A DNA stretch of 64,000 bases from Octopus sinensis. Lineage: Eukaryota. Made by a program: the position numbers and the translations under genes. Under the pieces are notes generated by a model. The model worked only from the letters and a program-made list of their open reading frames with translations, did not search any database and had not been told where the DNA came from. The stretch is from contig NC_043022.1 in NCBI RefSeq assembly GCF_006345805.1, forward strand, positions 8,184,001 to 8,248,000. Direction: 5' to 3'. This document shows, piece by piece, positions 49,191 through 61,660 of the stretch. Each line of letters begins with the position of its first letter. The stretch's first letter is position 1.

Positions 49191-49242
49191 ATTCTGTTAT
49201 TCTTTTATATGTTTCAGCCTTGAGGTTGTGGCCATGCTGGAT

Positions 49243-49273
<31 letters not shown>

Positions 49274-49579
49274 CTATCTGTCTGTCTGTCTGTATGTATA
49301 TATGTATATGTATGTGTGTGAACAATAATATTTTCAACAGATGTGTTGCAAATGTATCTGATTGTTCTCAAGCTTCAATACTGTGTGTGTGTGTATGTGT
49401 GTGTGTGTATGTATGTATGTATATGTATGTATGTATGTATATGTATGTATGTATGTATGTGTGTATGTATGTATGTGTGTGTGTATGTATGTGTGTGTAT
49501 GTGTGTGTGTGTATGTATGTATGTATGTATGTATGTATGTATGTATGTATGAGTGTATGTTTACTTTATTACTAATTAC

Positions 49580-49968
49580 TCTCTTCCAAGAACATTTTCA
49601 CTCACTCTTAGCTCTTAGCTTCCCATACATTTTACTCATGTATCTATCAGCGTCATAGACAGAATACTTTCACTTTAGTCTTCCTCAAATCACTGTCGCT
49701 ATTTACTTTCATTTTATTCGTTGCCCACTCTGTGTGTGCGTTTGCGTGTGGTGTAAACCAGACTAAGAAAAGCATTTGACACACACACCAGAATGTGAGT
49801 TTTCTGTAAATTTTGCTTAATTGGAGTTTAAATTTTAAAAACTGGACCTGGCATGACGCGATGCATTGTATTCTCAAGAATGCTAGGTAAATTGTAATTG
49901 AAGAAATCCTATATTGTAGATTTGTATAACTCCCAAAGGGAGGCAGATAAAATCTGCCTTTTATAATA

Positions 49969-49971
<3 letters not shown>
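49580..49971 (-). mobile_element. Second copy of the third Helitron-like family
   Basis: Same 5' end and body as 47900-48170. 49582-49710 also matches 20248-20370. Confidence 0.6.
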
Positions 49972-50016
<45 letters not shown>

Positions 50017-50108
50017 CGAGGGTAAAATTAATTAATTAACTAGTAATCAATAATTTCACCAAGTAGAATTCAGCATGAAAAGGGACCATTTCTCGGTAAA
50101 TTTAAGTA

Positions 50109-50418
50109 ATATTTTATAATAGGGCTCAGCAAAGATTTGCTTTACCACATACCGAAGTTTAGAAATAGCAGCAAATCTTTGCTGAGCCTTATTATAAAAT
50201 ATATATATATGTATTAGAAAAAACCCACCTTTTATCAATTCAAAATGAACAATTAAATTACACCATCTAGAAAATTACATATAATAGAAGTATTAAAATT
50301 AAAATAACAATAAAATATCAATGATTAAGCAAATTTCAAAAAAATAATAAAAACATATATAATTATATGGTGTAATTTAATTGTTCATTTTGAATTGATA
50401 AAAGGTGGTTTTTTTTTC

Positions 50419-50422
<4 letters not shown>
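50109..50422. repeat. Two adjacent inverted repeats (32-bp and ~54-bp arms)
   Basis: 50109-50140 pairs with 50171-50202; 50213-50266 pairs with 50367-50422. One arm recurs at 53490-53548. Confidence 0.8.
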
Positions 50423-50456
<34 letters not shown>

Positions 50457-51178
50457 TGTGTGAAATTTGATTTAGTATTTCTAAATTGAATTTTTTTCCT
50501 TGTAAGTTTGGATTTATATTCCCTTAAATAATAATTATTATATATATCCTTTACTGGAAAGCAATACTCTCGTATTGCATTACTATTTTCATTATATATA
50601 TATGTATATGCATGTGCATATTCATATGTATATGTATGTATATATGTAAGTATATGTGTGTGTAATTATGTATATGCATCTGTAAAGACTTAAATTCAAC
50701 ATCGACTTTAAACCAACTTATTCAATATCAACAGTACTAAGTTTTCTTAACAAAAATATCTGGTTCATATGACATTCCCTCCTACATTTTCAGACCAACT
50801 GTAGATTAAAACAGAATCTCAAACTATTCAATTTCAGTTGATTCGCTGATAGAATTTAAAAGATGCATAGCCTAAATATATTAGCAGATTAATTAGTTAT
50901 TTGACACAGATATACCGTCTGTCCTATGATCGTCCAATCATACTGCTTGGTGAGTTGGATAATTTTTGTCTCTGCTCATTCATTTCAATAAAATATCCAT
51001 AAAGGAAATCTTGTGTCCAATTAACCTATATGTGTATGTATGTGTGTGTGTGTATGTGTGTGTATGTGTGTATATGTGTGTATGTGTGTGATTGTGTGTA
51101 TGTGTGCACGTGTGTGTATGTATAAATGTATGCATGTATATATGTTTATATATATGCATATATATGCACATGTGTATG

Positions 51179-51209
<31 letters not shown>

Positions 51210-51909
51210 ATTGCATTATGCTTTATTAAGTATAAAATTAAATATATATATATATATATGTATGTAAGTATGTATATGTGAATGTATATGTGTGTGTGTC
51301 CATATATGTATTTATATATATGTATGTATGTACAAACATGCTCACACATGTAGATCTATCTTCATCTATATATCCACTATCAATATATGTATGTGTGTGT
51401 ATGTATGTATGTATGTATGTATGTATGTATGCATGTATGTATGTATCTATGTATGTGTGTGTATGTATGTATATGCATGTAGGTATGTGTGTGTATGTAT
51501 GTATGCATGTAGGTATGTGTGCATGTATGTATATATATATATGTGTGTATGTATGTCTGTATGTATTTATGTATGTATGTATGTATGTATGACTATATGT
51601 ATGTATATGTGCCTTCACAAACATGTATGTATATACATATGTGTATGTGTTGGTAATTGTGTATGTGTGCAAGCGTGTGTAGCAGAAGAGTAACTGAAAC
51701 TGGAACGCATAACATTGGAATATGGTAAATAATTAATCACAAGATGAAGGAATAAAAATAAATAAATAAAAAAACAGACAAGAAAGAAAATAGAAGAAGC
51801 AAAAATAAAAACATAAATTAATGAAAGAAATAAAAAATGTAAACAAATTAAAACTAAATAGCACAAAGAAATATAAGACCAGTCACTTACACACACACAC
51901 ACACACACA

Positions 51910-51957
<48 letters not shown>

Positions 51958-52619
51958 TCATACACATACACGCATACATATAACAGTCTTACAAGTGCAC
52001 ACCACACAAACACACATACACACATATACATACATACATACAAACACACAGACACGCATATGTACACATACCATACACACATGCATACACAAATACTCAA
52101 ATATACATACACATGTGCACATGCACAAACACACACATTTACACAAATACATGCATACAGGCACACGTACCCACTTAAGCATACATATACACAAACACGT
52201 ACACGTACACACGTACACTTATATAAACACATACATGCACACAAACACTCACACAAACACACGTACATTGATAATGAAAAAGTATAGAAAATCAAATAAG
52301 AGTATGGTAAAAAAACACAGCAAAAATTCTGCAAAAATGGAGTAAAAATATAATGAAAGACATATAGCAGATGCAGGCATGGCTTATGTGGTTAAGAAGT
52401 TTGCATTATAGTGACGTGGTTCTAGGTTCAAATCCATCATATGGCACCTTGGGCAATAATCTTCTGTTGTAGCCTTCAGCTGACTAATGTCTTGTGAGTA
52501 GAATTTGTCCAAGAGGACATTGTATATATGTGTACAAACAAACACACACACACACACACACACCACACACACACACACACACACAACACATGCACATGCA
52601 CACATACATACATATACAT

Positions 52620-52995
52620 ACATGTCAGCTGTCCTGTTGATCTGAATATCTCTTTGAAAATCAAAGAGAAAGAAGATAAGTATGGACAACTGTTTCAAAA
52701 CCTCCAGCTTCTATATCCAGAATACAAATTTACATTTATACCAAAAATAATTGGAGCACTTGGTTTTGTAAGCGAATGCCTCACTGTCAATCTGGATAAG
52801 CTTGAAGTTTCAGAAAAACAAATCAACCAACTGATTCGCAAGATTACAAATACAATCTGTAAGCAGAAGAGTAAAACTAGGCAAGACTTTTCTCAAGTTT
52901 AAAGTATGACATTGCTTTCATTATCTACATTCCAATGATGGAGCTTTGTATCTTTGTTGGAAAGTAGCTCCATCCTCAGAGGAAGAATTTAAATG
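52620..52995 (+). mobile_element. 3' fragment of the second RLE-type LINE family
   Basis: VSCPVDLNISLKIKEKEDKYGQL..LYPEYKFTFIPKIIGALG: RLE C-terminal motifs (D/E-x-x-P, K..KY, IIGALG). Confidence 0.7.
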
Positions 52996-53214
52996 ATTAA
53001 ACACAGAACACACACTCACACACACATACACATATACAAACAGTATATAAATACATATTGAAAATAATAGAAATGAAACTAATATACATAGATACATAAT
53101 GAAAGTAATTGAAACTGAAACCATATAATGGTGAAAGTATCAATAGAGATGTTATTGTTGCACTTTTGATATGTAATACTGAAACAGTGTTAAGAGATAA
53201 GAGATTGCTCCAGG

Positions 53215-53385
53215 CTCACATTAGGCAAGAGGTTGAAAATTGTTTTAGCCCATGACACTGCATGGAACCTAAATAAGGCATGTGCAAAATTTGAATGAAA
53301 TCCGTTCGGTAGTTCTTGAGTTTTAGTGATGCACACATAGACAGACATATAGACAGATGCACATTCTCAGTTTCATATATATATA
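53215..53385 (-). mobile_element. Helitron-like 5' fragment
   Basis: Minus strand TATATATGAAACTGAGAATGTG..tctgtctatgtg..cggatttcattcaaattttgcacatg is a typical Helitron-N head; no 3' end seen. Confidence 0.4.
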
Positions 53386-53594
53386 TATATATATTTATTA
53401 TTTGAGGGAATTTTTATTATTATATTTGCAATTTACATTTTACATTTTATTGTTATTTTAATTTTAACTTTTCTATTATATGTAATTTTCTAGATGGTGT
53501 AATTTAATTATTCATTTTGAATTGATAAAAGGTGTTTTTTTCTAATTTTACATATATATATATACGAGAAAAAAGCAACAAGAATGGATTAGTT

Positions 53595-53685
53595 TTTTAG
53601 TACAATTGTTTCATACAAAGACAGGCTTTATTAAAAGCTGCAAATATTGCAGCAAATACAAGTGTCCCGTACTCATCAGCTAAAA
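53595..53685 (-). ncRNA. Type I hammerhead ribozyme (left arm, minus strand)
   Basis: Reverse complement of 54254-54344 with the core intact. Confidence 0.75.
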
Positions 53686-54253
53686 CACATATGAGTTCTC
53701 CAAACATCTTAGTGGGTGAGGCTACACTCATGAAGTATCGGAGATAATTTTATAAAAAGCAAAATCAGGTTGTAAGCGGACTTCCAAAGTTCTTTAATGA
53801 TGATGCACAGTCTTATCACAGGTTTTAAAAAAGCTTATTAGCTTCACAGAGAAGATGAATCAATCCATAATGTAGGTGCAAATTTCCAGAGATATGAGGA
53901 GATATTTCATACTCACAGACGATGAATCTATCCATGATTAATCCACAATGAGGTGGGTATAATTTCATGCTATATGATAAGATACTTGTCACACTACTGT
54001 TCCCCTCACAAAACTCATCGTCTGTGAGTATGAAATATCTCCTCATATCTCTGGAAATTTGCACCTACATTATGGATTGATTCATCTTCTCTGTGAAGCT
54101 AATAAGCTTTTTTAAAACCTGTGATAAGACTGTGCATCATCATTAAAGAACTTTGGAAGTCCACTTACAACCTGATTTTGTTTTTATAAAATTATCTCCG
54201 ATACTTCATGAGTGTAGCCTCACCCACTAAGATGTTTGGAGAACTCATATGTA

Positions 54254-54344
54254 TTTTAGCTGATGAGTACGGGACACTTGTATTTGCTGCAATATTTGCA
54301 GCTTTTAATAAAGCTTGTCTTTGTATGAAACAATTGTACTAAAA
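54254..54344 (+). ncRNA. Type I hammerhead ribozyme with extended branched stem II (right arm)
   Basis: TTTTAG-CTGATGA-GTACGGGACA..TGTCTTTGTAT-GAA-ACAATTGT-A-CTAAAA: 6-bp stem I, perfect core, palindromic stem III, GUA cleavage site after 54338. Confidence 0.78.
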
Positions 54345-54519
54345 AACTAATCCATTCTTGTTGCTTTTTTCTCGTTTATAATCACCCCACATTATTGTAT
54401 GGTTAATACCATATAGTTTTCTGGTGCATCTAAGTTAAGTACCGCATTCAAGTGAATTCATTAGAACTGACTTGAATCTTAATTGCTTTTACTGTATATA
54501 TATATATAGATATAGACAT

Positions 54520-54895
54520 AGGTGCAGGAGTGTCTGTGTAGTAAGTAGCTTGCTTACCAACCACATGGTTCCTTGGGCAAGTGTCTTCTGCTATAGCCCC
54601 AGGACGACCAATGCCTTGTGAGTGGATTTGGTAGACGGAAACTGAAAGAAGCCTGTCGTATATATGTATATATATATATGTGTGTTTGTGTGTCTGTGTT
54701 TGTCCCCCTAGCATTGCTTGACAACCGATGCTGGTGTGTTTATGTCCTCCATCACTTAGCGGTTCGGCAAAAGAGACTGATAGAATAAGTACTGGGCTTA
54801 CAAAGAATAAGTCCCGGGGTCGATTTGCTCGACTAAAGGTGGTGCTCCAGCATGGCCGCAGTCAAATGACTGAAACAAGTAAAAGAGTAAAGAGT
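54520..54895 (+). mobile_element. SINE family A, full length
   Basis: Consensus head, body and tail. Confidence 0.88.
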
Positions 54896-55473
54896 ATAGA
54901 TACATACGTACGTATGTATGTATGTCTATGTATAGACAAGGTTATAATTGAGGCTGTATCCTTGTGAAGCACATCTGCACATTTCAATAATCAAATGTAT
55001 GTATAAGGATGTGTTTTTTTTTTAAATGAGGCATAGATACAAGCTAAAAATTCTGGAAAATCATATTTGCTGTCTACATATATATTTTGGTTTTAAATTT
55101 TGGTACAAGGCCAGCAATTTTGAGGGAGGAAGTAAGTAAATTACTCAACTGGCACTTACTTTATCCACCCCAAAATGATGAAAGACAAATTCAACTCCAG
55201 TAACATTTGAACTCCAAATGTAAAGACAGACAAAATGCCACGAAGCATTTTTCTTAGCATGATAGAAATTCTGCCAGCTTGCTGCCTTAGAGTAAGTATG
55301 TATTAAAACGAAGACTGGGAAATGTTGTATAAATTTTATTCCATGTTAAATATATTTCAATTCCATAATTCCATGTTTTAATTCCATGTTTCATCACAGG
55401 ACAGAAGTTATAATTGTACATACATGGAGAAAACATGTATGGGATTTCGTATATATATATATATGTATATATG

Positions 55474-55582
55474 GGGAGAGTTTACGAAAAATGCAAAAGA
55501 TGAAGACAGGTGGTGTACAAAACAAACAGATGTATTAGTATAATGCTCAGGAATAGAAAAGGTCTTTTACATTTCGAGCCTA
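55474..55582 (-). mobile_element. Truncated copy of the 8140-8330 pLTR-like element
   Basis: Minus strand ggctcgaaatgtaaaagaccttttctattcctgagcattatactaatacatctg..aaactctccc; (TA)n on both flanks. Confidence 0.7.
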
Positions 55583-55632
55583 TATATATATATATAGATA
55601 TAGATATATAGATATATATACGTATATATATG

Positions 55633-55684
<52 letters not shown>

Positions 55685-55919
55685 GTATGTATATAATATA
55701 TATACAGACACACAGGCATGCACACACACACACACACACAAACACACTTTTATATGCGATGGGCTTTTTTCAGTTTCTGTCTACCAAATCTGCTCACAAG
55801 GCTTTGGTCAGCCTGAGGCTATAGTGGAAGACAATTGCCCGAGGTGTCATGCAGTGGGACTGAACCCGGAGCCATATGTTGTTAAGAAGCTAGCTTCTTA
55901 CCACACAGCCACTCCTGCA

Positions 55920-56038
<119 letters not shown>

Positions 56039-56339
56039 TATATATAATGTGTGTGTGTGTGTGTGTGTGTATATATAATGTAGAGCTCCATGATCGAAAA
56101 TTCAAGTCATGCTTCTCTCAGAAGTACTCCAATTGGTGAGAGATAAATATTATTTATTTAAAGGGCACAATACACAATTTTAAGCACTACTAATAGTTTC
56201 ATATGTTGATAAATACTCAAATATGCTCTTCAGGTGCAAATCACATATAATGAACTAAGAAACTGAATTATAGAAGAAAAGGGAAAAAAACTGAGAAGGC
56301 AGCCAATAGAAAATGCAGTAAGTAAAAACCAGACGCCTA

Positions 56340-56480
56340 TCAGAATATCGCGATCCACTGAGTCCTTCTTTGGCTGTCAGGTTGAATGCCTTATCAAAGT
56401 TTTTCCATTTCCCTTCTATGTCAATATCTTCTGGAATCACCTCAAGCAAAGCAAATTTATTCTTTAGTTCCATAATGTAC
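56340..56480 (-). pseudogene. LINE ORF2 linker relic (RTE-like)
   Basis: ELKNKFALLE..EDIDIEGKWKNFDKAFNLTAKEGL resembles the EN-RT linker; only a short match. Confidence 0.4.
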
Positions 56481-56879
56481 TTGCTTTTGATATGCTGATA
56501 TGTGTCTGGGAGACACCTGTTGTTATGTCCTGCTATTATTTTTATTGTATTTGTGTAACATTGTCCGTATTTTCCGTCCTTGTTTTTGTATACATTTGCT
56601 GCTTTCTTCCAAGGAATCTAATGCTCTTAGCTTAGTTTTTCCTTGGGGCTGGCCAGATTGGAGCAATTTCAAGTATATATACATATATACGATGGGCTTC
56701 TTTCAGTTTCTGTCTACTCACAAGGCTTTGGTTGGCCCGAGGCTATAGTAGAAGACACTAGCCCAAGGTACCATGCAGTGGGACTGAACTCAGAACTTTG
56801 GTGCACATATTCGCCTCCCTGTCCCTGGATAGGATGCTGGTCCATTGTGGTTTTGATTTGAGGATGGATTCTCTTTTCT

Positions 56880-57400
56880 CATTGGGTCATTTCATTGAAT
56901 ATGAGCATAGAGAACCCACTTTTATCATTTGTGTATGACTCCATCCAGGAAAGGTTCAGTAATAAATCTATTCTTCAATAACAAGCAGAGGTCAATTCTT
57001 TGATTAAGCTGAGAGGCAGTTAGATGATATGGGACCCATTGTCCAAGTTTAGACACTTTGACTATTTCCTGAAGGTATTTTCTGAGAGAAGCATGACTTG
57101 AATTCAACTGTTTTTCAAGTTATTGTAGAATTTATTTTGGATTTTCTTCAACTCCTGTTTTCAGAAGCTCAGTATTGTGAGAACTGTGTTGTTTACATTG
57201 AGGGGAATTTACAAAAAAAAAATATTTCACAAACAAAACTGACCAAACCATCACTGGCATGTCCAAACACTTAAAGCTTCATTTCCATAGACAGAAAGAA
57301 TATTTCTTGCTATTTCCATTGCAGATTAGCCCCTTTTGAATTCATACAGCATGTTGTGTTTATTTAATGAGTCTAATCTAAACTCACTTTCAAAGGATTG
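56880..57400 (-). pseudogene. Highly degenerate mariner transposase relic
   Basis: NMLYEFKRG..ARNI..VYG; KVSKLGQWVPYHL..QRIDLC..EPFLD. Confidence 0.7.
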
Positions 57401-58593
57401 AATCCGTACAAATTGAACCTCTAAGGTATAATGTCATCTGCAAAAGAAGGAGAAAACATTATAATGCAAAACTTGATGCTTATTTTACCACAAGTATTTA
57501 AGAAGTTCCCCACAAAGTGATCATATCAAAAACTCAATGGGGTTTTCTTTCTAACCTAATACTAAAGATTTGCATAAATGTACAAGAAAATAAAACATTA
57601 GACAAATAGGATAGGGTAAAGAACTTTTCTGAATCATATAGACTCATAGAGCCAGCTTCCCAGGTTCTAGTGGCACGTATGTATCCCCCATGTTGGTCCA
57701 TCGCAGGACTACTCATTTTTGTCATTTGAGCAATGTGAAATGAAGTGCTTTGCTCATGAGCACAATAGGTCACTCAATCTAGAAATAGAAACCACAATCT
57801 TAAGAATATGAGTTTAACACCCTAACCACTAAACCATTGTCTCTGCACTGCAGTAACTGATTCATTTGCATTCTGAGTTCAAATCCCACTTAGGTCAACA
57901 TTGCCTTTCCTTTCCTCTGGGTTCAATAAAATACCAGTCAAGTACTGAGGTTAGTTTTTTCTCTCCCTTTTATACTCTGTCTGTTTGTTTGCCTGTCTGC
58001 ATGTATTTTTATTTCCCTATTTCTTTCTCTCTCTATCTATCTCTCTCCACCACCCTCTCTCTCTCTTAATATCACTCTTTTCACTCAGAATCAGCTGTGT
58101 TCTGAGATGGTCATATCTGAGACCCGCACAAAACTCTCTTGCCTCTAAGAAAATTTAAGAGGGCTGAACCAGGGGCTAGCAAACATACTACAAAAAAAAA
58201 CTATCTAAAGAGACTGTAGAACATGAAGGGCATGGATGGATAGATGGACCAACGTTTCTGTACAGAACAGTAGAGAACAATAAAGAAAAACAAAATAGCA
58301 AAACACAAAAACAAAACAATTCATGATACGAAAAAAATAAGCAAAAAAAATTACATCAATTACAACAAAAACAATAAAAAATACAAGTATACAACAACAA
58401 AAAACAATTACAACAAAAAATACATTAAATATAATCAAATAAAATAACTAACCAAACACCACATGTGTAGTTATGTGTGTGTGAGAATATGTGTGTGTGT
58501 ATATATTTATTTATATACATATATATATATACATACATATATATACATATATATATATATATATTTATTCATACATGTATATATGTATATATA

Positions 58594-58675
<82 letters not shown>

Positions 58676-59020
58676 TATATATATATATATATAAATATAT
58701 ACATATATATACACACACATACACATGCACATATATATATACATATATATATGTGTGTGTATGTGTGTGTATGTGTACTGAAGGGAAAAAATACAAAAAA
58801 TACCAAAAAAATAAATATACAAGGCAAAGAAATAGAAGAAAGTAACTTAAAAAGCAAATCCTAGACAAGAAACTAATTACAAAATACTCACTATAAATAC
58901 ATTAGATAACTCATTTTCTCAACCATAACACATAAAAATTATCCACTGTAATAAGAACAAAGCACATTATATGTATGTGTGTGTGTGTGTGTACATTATA
59001 TATATATGTATGTAGATATG

Positions 59021-59089
<69 letters not shown>

Positions 59090-60159
59090 TTATGTAAATA
59101 TATTTAAATATATATGTAAATATATTTATATAAATATATGTATATAATGAATATACATACATATATGTATATATATCACATACATACATAAATACCTACA
59201 TACATATATGTATATATCATATGCATATATATATATGCATTGATATATATTTATATAAATATATATATATATATACATATATACATGTAAATATATTCAT
59301 ATATATGTGTATAAGTGTACATATATACATATATCTATATATGTATATATATATGTGTGTGAGTGCATATATATATATATATATATATAAATGCACACAC
59401 ACATATATGTATGTATACTACAAATGAGTAGACAGTGTATTATGTGTATATGTGAATGTATGTATATCTGCATGTGTGTGTGTGTGTGTGTGAGTGTATA
59501 AATTTCATATAAAAGGCAACATGACTATAACAGGGAATAAAAGTAACATTATCAATTTCTTCTATATTTCTCTCTCTCTCTCTTCCTCCCTCCTTCCTTC
59601 TTGTTCTACCTTTTCCCATTTTCAGCTCTTATGTATCTCTTCCCATCATTTCACTCACGTCATCATCATCATCATCACCACCACCAACATTGTCATCACG
59701 ATCGTAATTATTGTCACCATCCTCATCACCCCCCCCCACACCACTCCCACCCCCACCCCCACCACCAGCATCAACATCATCTTCATTATCCTTTTCCTCC
59801 TCCTTATTATCATCACTATCACCATTATCAGCACTTTCTCTCCTTCCCTTTCTCTCCCTTTCCTTCACACACAACCTCTCATAATTTCCCAAACCCACCA
59901 CCACCACCACCGCCTCTTCCCTCTCCCCTTTGATCATAAACTTGTGTTTTTGAACTAAAACTTTATTAACTTGAAGACTGAATTATTTTATGCATTCATA
60001 TTATAGGTGCTGCCATAACTGTGTGGTTAAGAAGTTCACATTGCAAATATAGAGGTTCTGGGTTCAAATGTCCTGTTCTGCATCTTGAGCAAGTGTCTTC
60101 TTCTTTCGATTTGAGCTCACCTGCAAAAAATGCAAGGTTTAGTGGGATGCTTGCCCTAG

Positions 60160-60770
60160 AAAAATGGCTCTCAACCATTTTTTATCTATGGAACTATTTA
60201 CTATTTTATTCTGATACCCCCCCCCCCATTTGCATTCGAAGCAGATTTTGCAAATGCTTCTTTCAAAATTCCTATTTTATTTTTCCCACATTAACCCATG
60301 TAGGTTGAACTATGTAAAATGTTAAAGAAAGAGACCTAGCTGTTTCTCACAATACAAACATATAAATCAAAACTTTTCATGGACCCTTAAAATACTATTG
60401 TGAATCCCCAATTTACTATTTTATTGCATGGTCCCCAAAAATCTTATATGGACCCCAGCTGAGAAACACTGATCAAAGGTTCTCAACCATTTTTTATCTA
60501 CGGACCCCTTTGATTGTTACTTTATTTTGGCAGACCTTATTTGATGTTAAAGAACTAGTTTTATAGACACTTCTTTCAAAATTCTTTTTTTTTTTCTTTG
60601 TTCATATTCACTTGTGTGGGTTGAACTATGTAAAATGTTAGAAAGAGAAAACCGTGCTGTTTCTTTCAAAACATACATTCAAAGCAAAACTTCTCATGGA
60701 TCCTTAAAATACTACTGTGAATCCCAAATTTACTACTCTGAATCCTAAATTTACTACTGTAAAAACCCAT
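60160..60770 (+). mobile_element. Two tandem diverged hAT-like MITE copies
   Basis: Both start (g/c)tctcaaccatttttt(t)atcta and share ggttgaactatgtaaaatgtta..catgga(c/t)ccttaaaatacta. The first ends gctgagaaacactg. Confidence 0.5.
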
Positions 60771-61016
60771 TTAATTTACACACTTCTTTTCACAAAAATA
60801 AAAATAAACTCTAGGGAGGGCATAAATTACATGAGTATGTCCTTTCCAGAATTTTTTTGAAGTTATTTTGTTGAAAAAAGACATACAAAATGTAAACATT
60901 TGTACTGAAAATTGACTCATTTAATGTCAGAATAGGCTTCAACAGAAAAAAAAAATGGCTTAAATATGTATAGTGAAGTTGACTTTTATTTATGCTGGAC
61001 GGTATAATGCTTACTT

Positions 61017-61252
61017 ATAAGGCGGTGAGCTGGCAGAATCGTTAGCACGCTGGGCGATATTATTTAGCGGTATTTCGTCTGCCGTTACATTCTGAGTTCA
61101 AATTCCACCGAATTCGACTTTGCCTTTCATCCTTTCGGGGTCGATAAACTAAGTACCAGTTGCGCACTGGGGTCGATGTAATCGACTTAATCCGTTTGTC
61201 TGTCCTTGTTTGTCCCCTCTGTGTTTAGCCCCTTGTGAGTAGTAAAGAAATA
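61017..61252 (+). mobile_element. SINE family B with 16-bp TSD
   Basis: TSD ggtataatgcttactt at 61001-61016 and 61253-61268. Confidence 0.92.
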
Positions 61253-61660
61253 GGTATAATGCTTACTTTTTTTTGTATAAATTTACTAAAACCATTAAAT
61301 GGTTAACTATTTTTTGAAATCTGACATTCATGTTGGTAAATACAGTCTGGGCCATATTTTACATTGCTTGCAGTTTCTACCTATCGCAATGGAGCACCAT
61401 TGACATACATAGTGATATGGATATTCCTGACTGACAAAAATGTAATAATATGGATAATCCTGATTGTATGTTTTTATTTTTGCCTATTCGTTTACTAGGC
61501 ACAGTTTTAAGTTTGTCATACTGTTTACGCCAATTTTGAAGATTGGTTTCATTAACATTAAAATGCCTTTCAGCAGCTCTATTGCTACTTTCAGATGCAT
61601 GTTCAACAAATCTAATTTCTTCTTTGGAGTAAACAATTCATAATTTCTGCCCATACATAC

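Larger units (their letters stand above)
53564..54375. repeat. Near-perfect inverted repeat: arms 53564-53925 and 54015-54375, 89-bp spacer
   Basis: Arms compared by eye show about four differences in ~362 bp. Confidence 0.97.

Noticed and set aside
53825-54064. 79-aa minus-strand ORF across the palindrome centre
   Set aside because: No recognisable motif; length is within chance expectation, and it is partly the antisense of the other arm.
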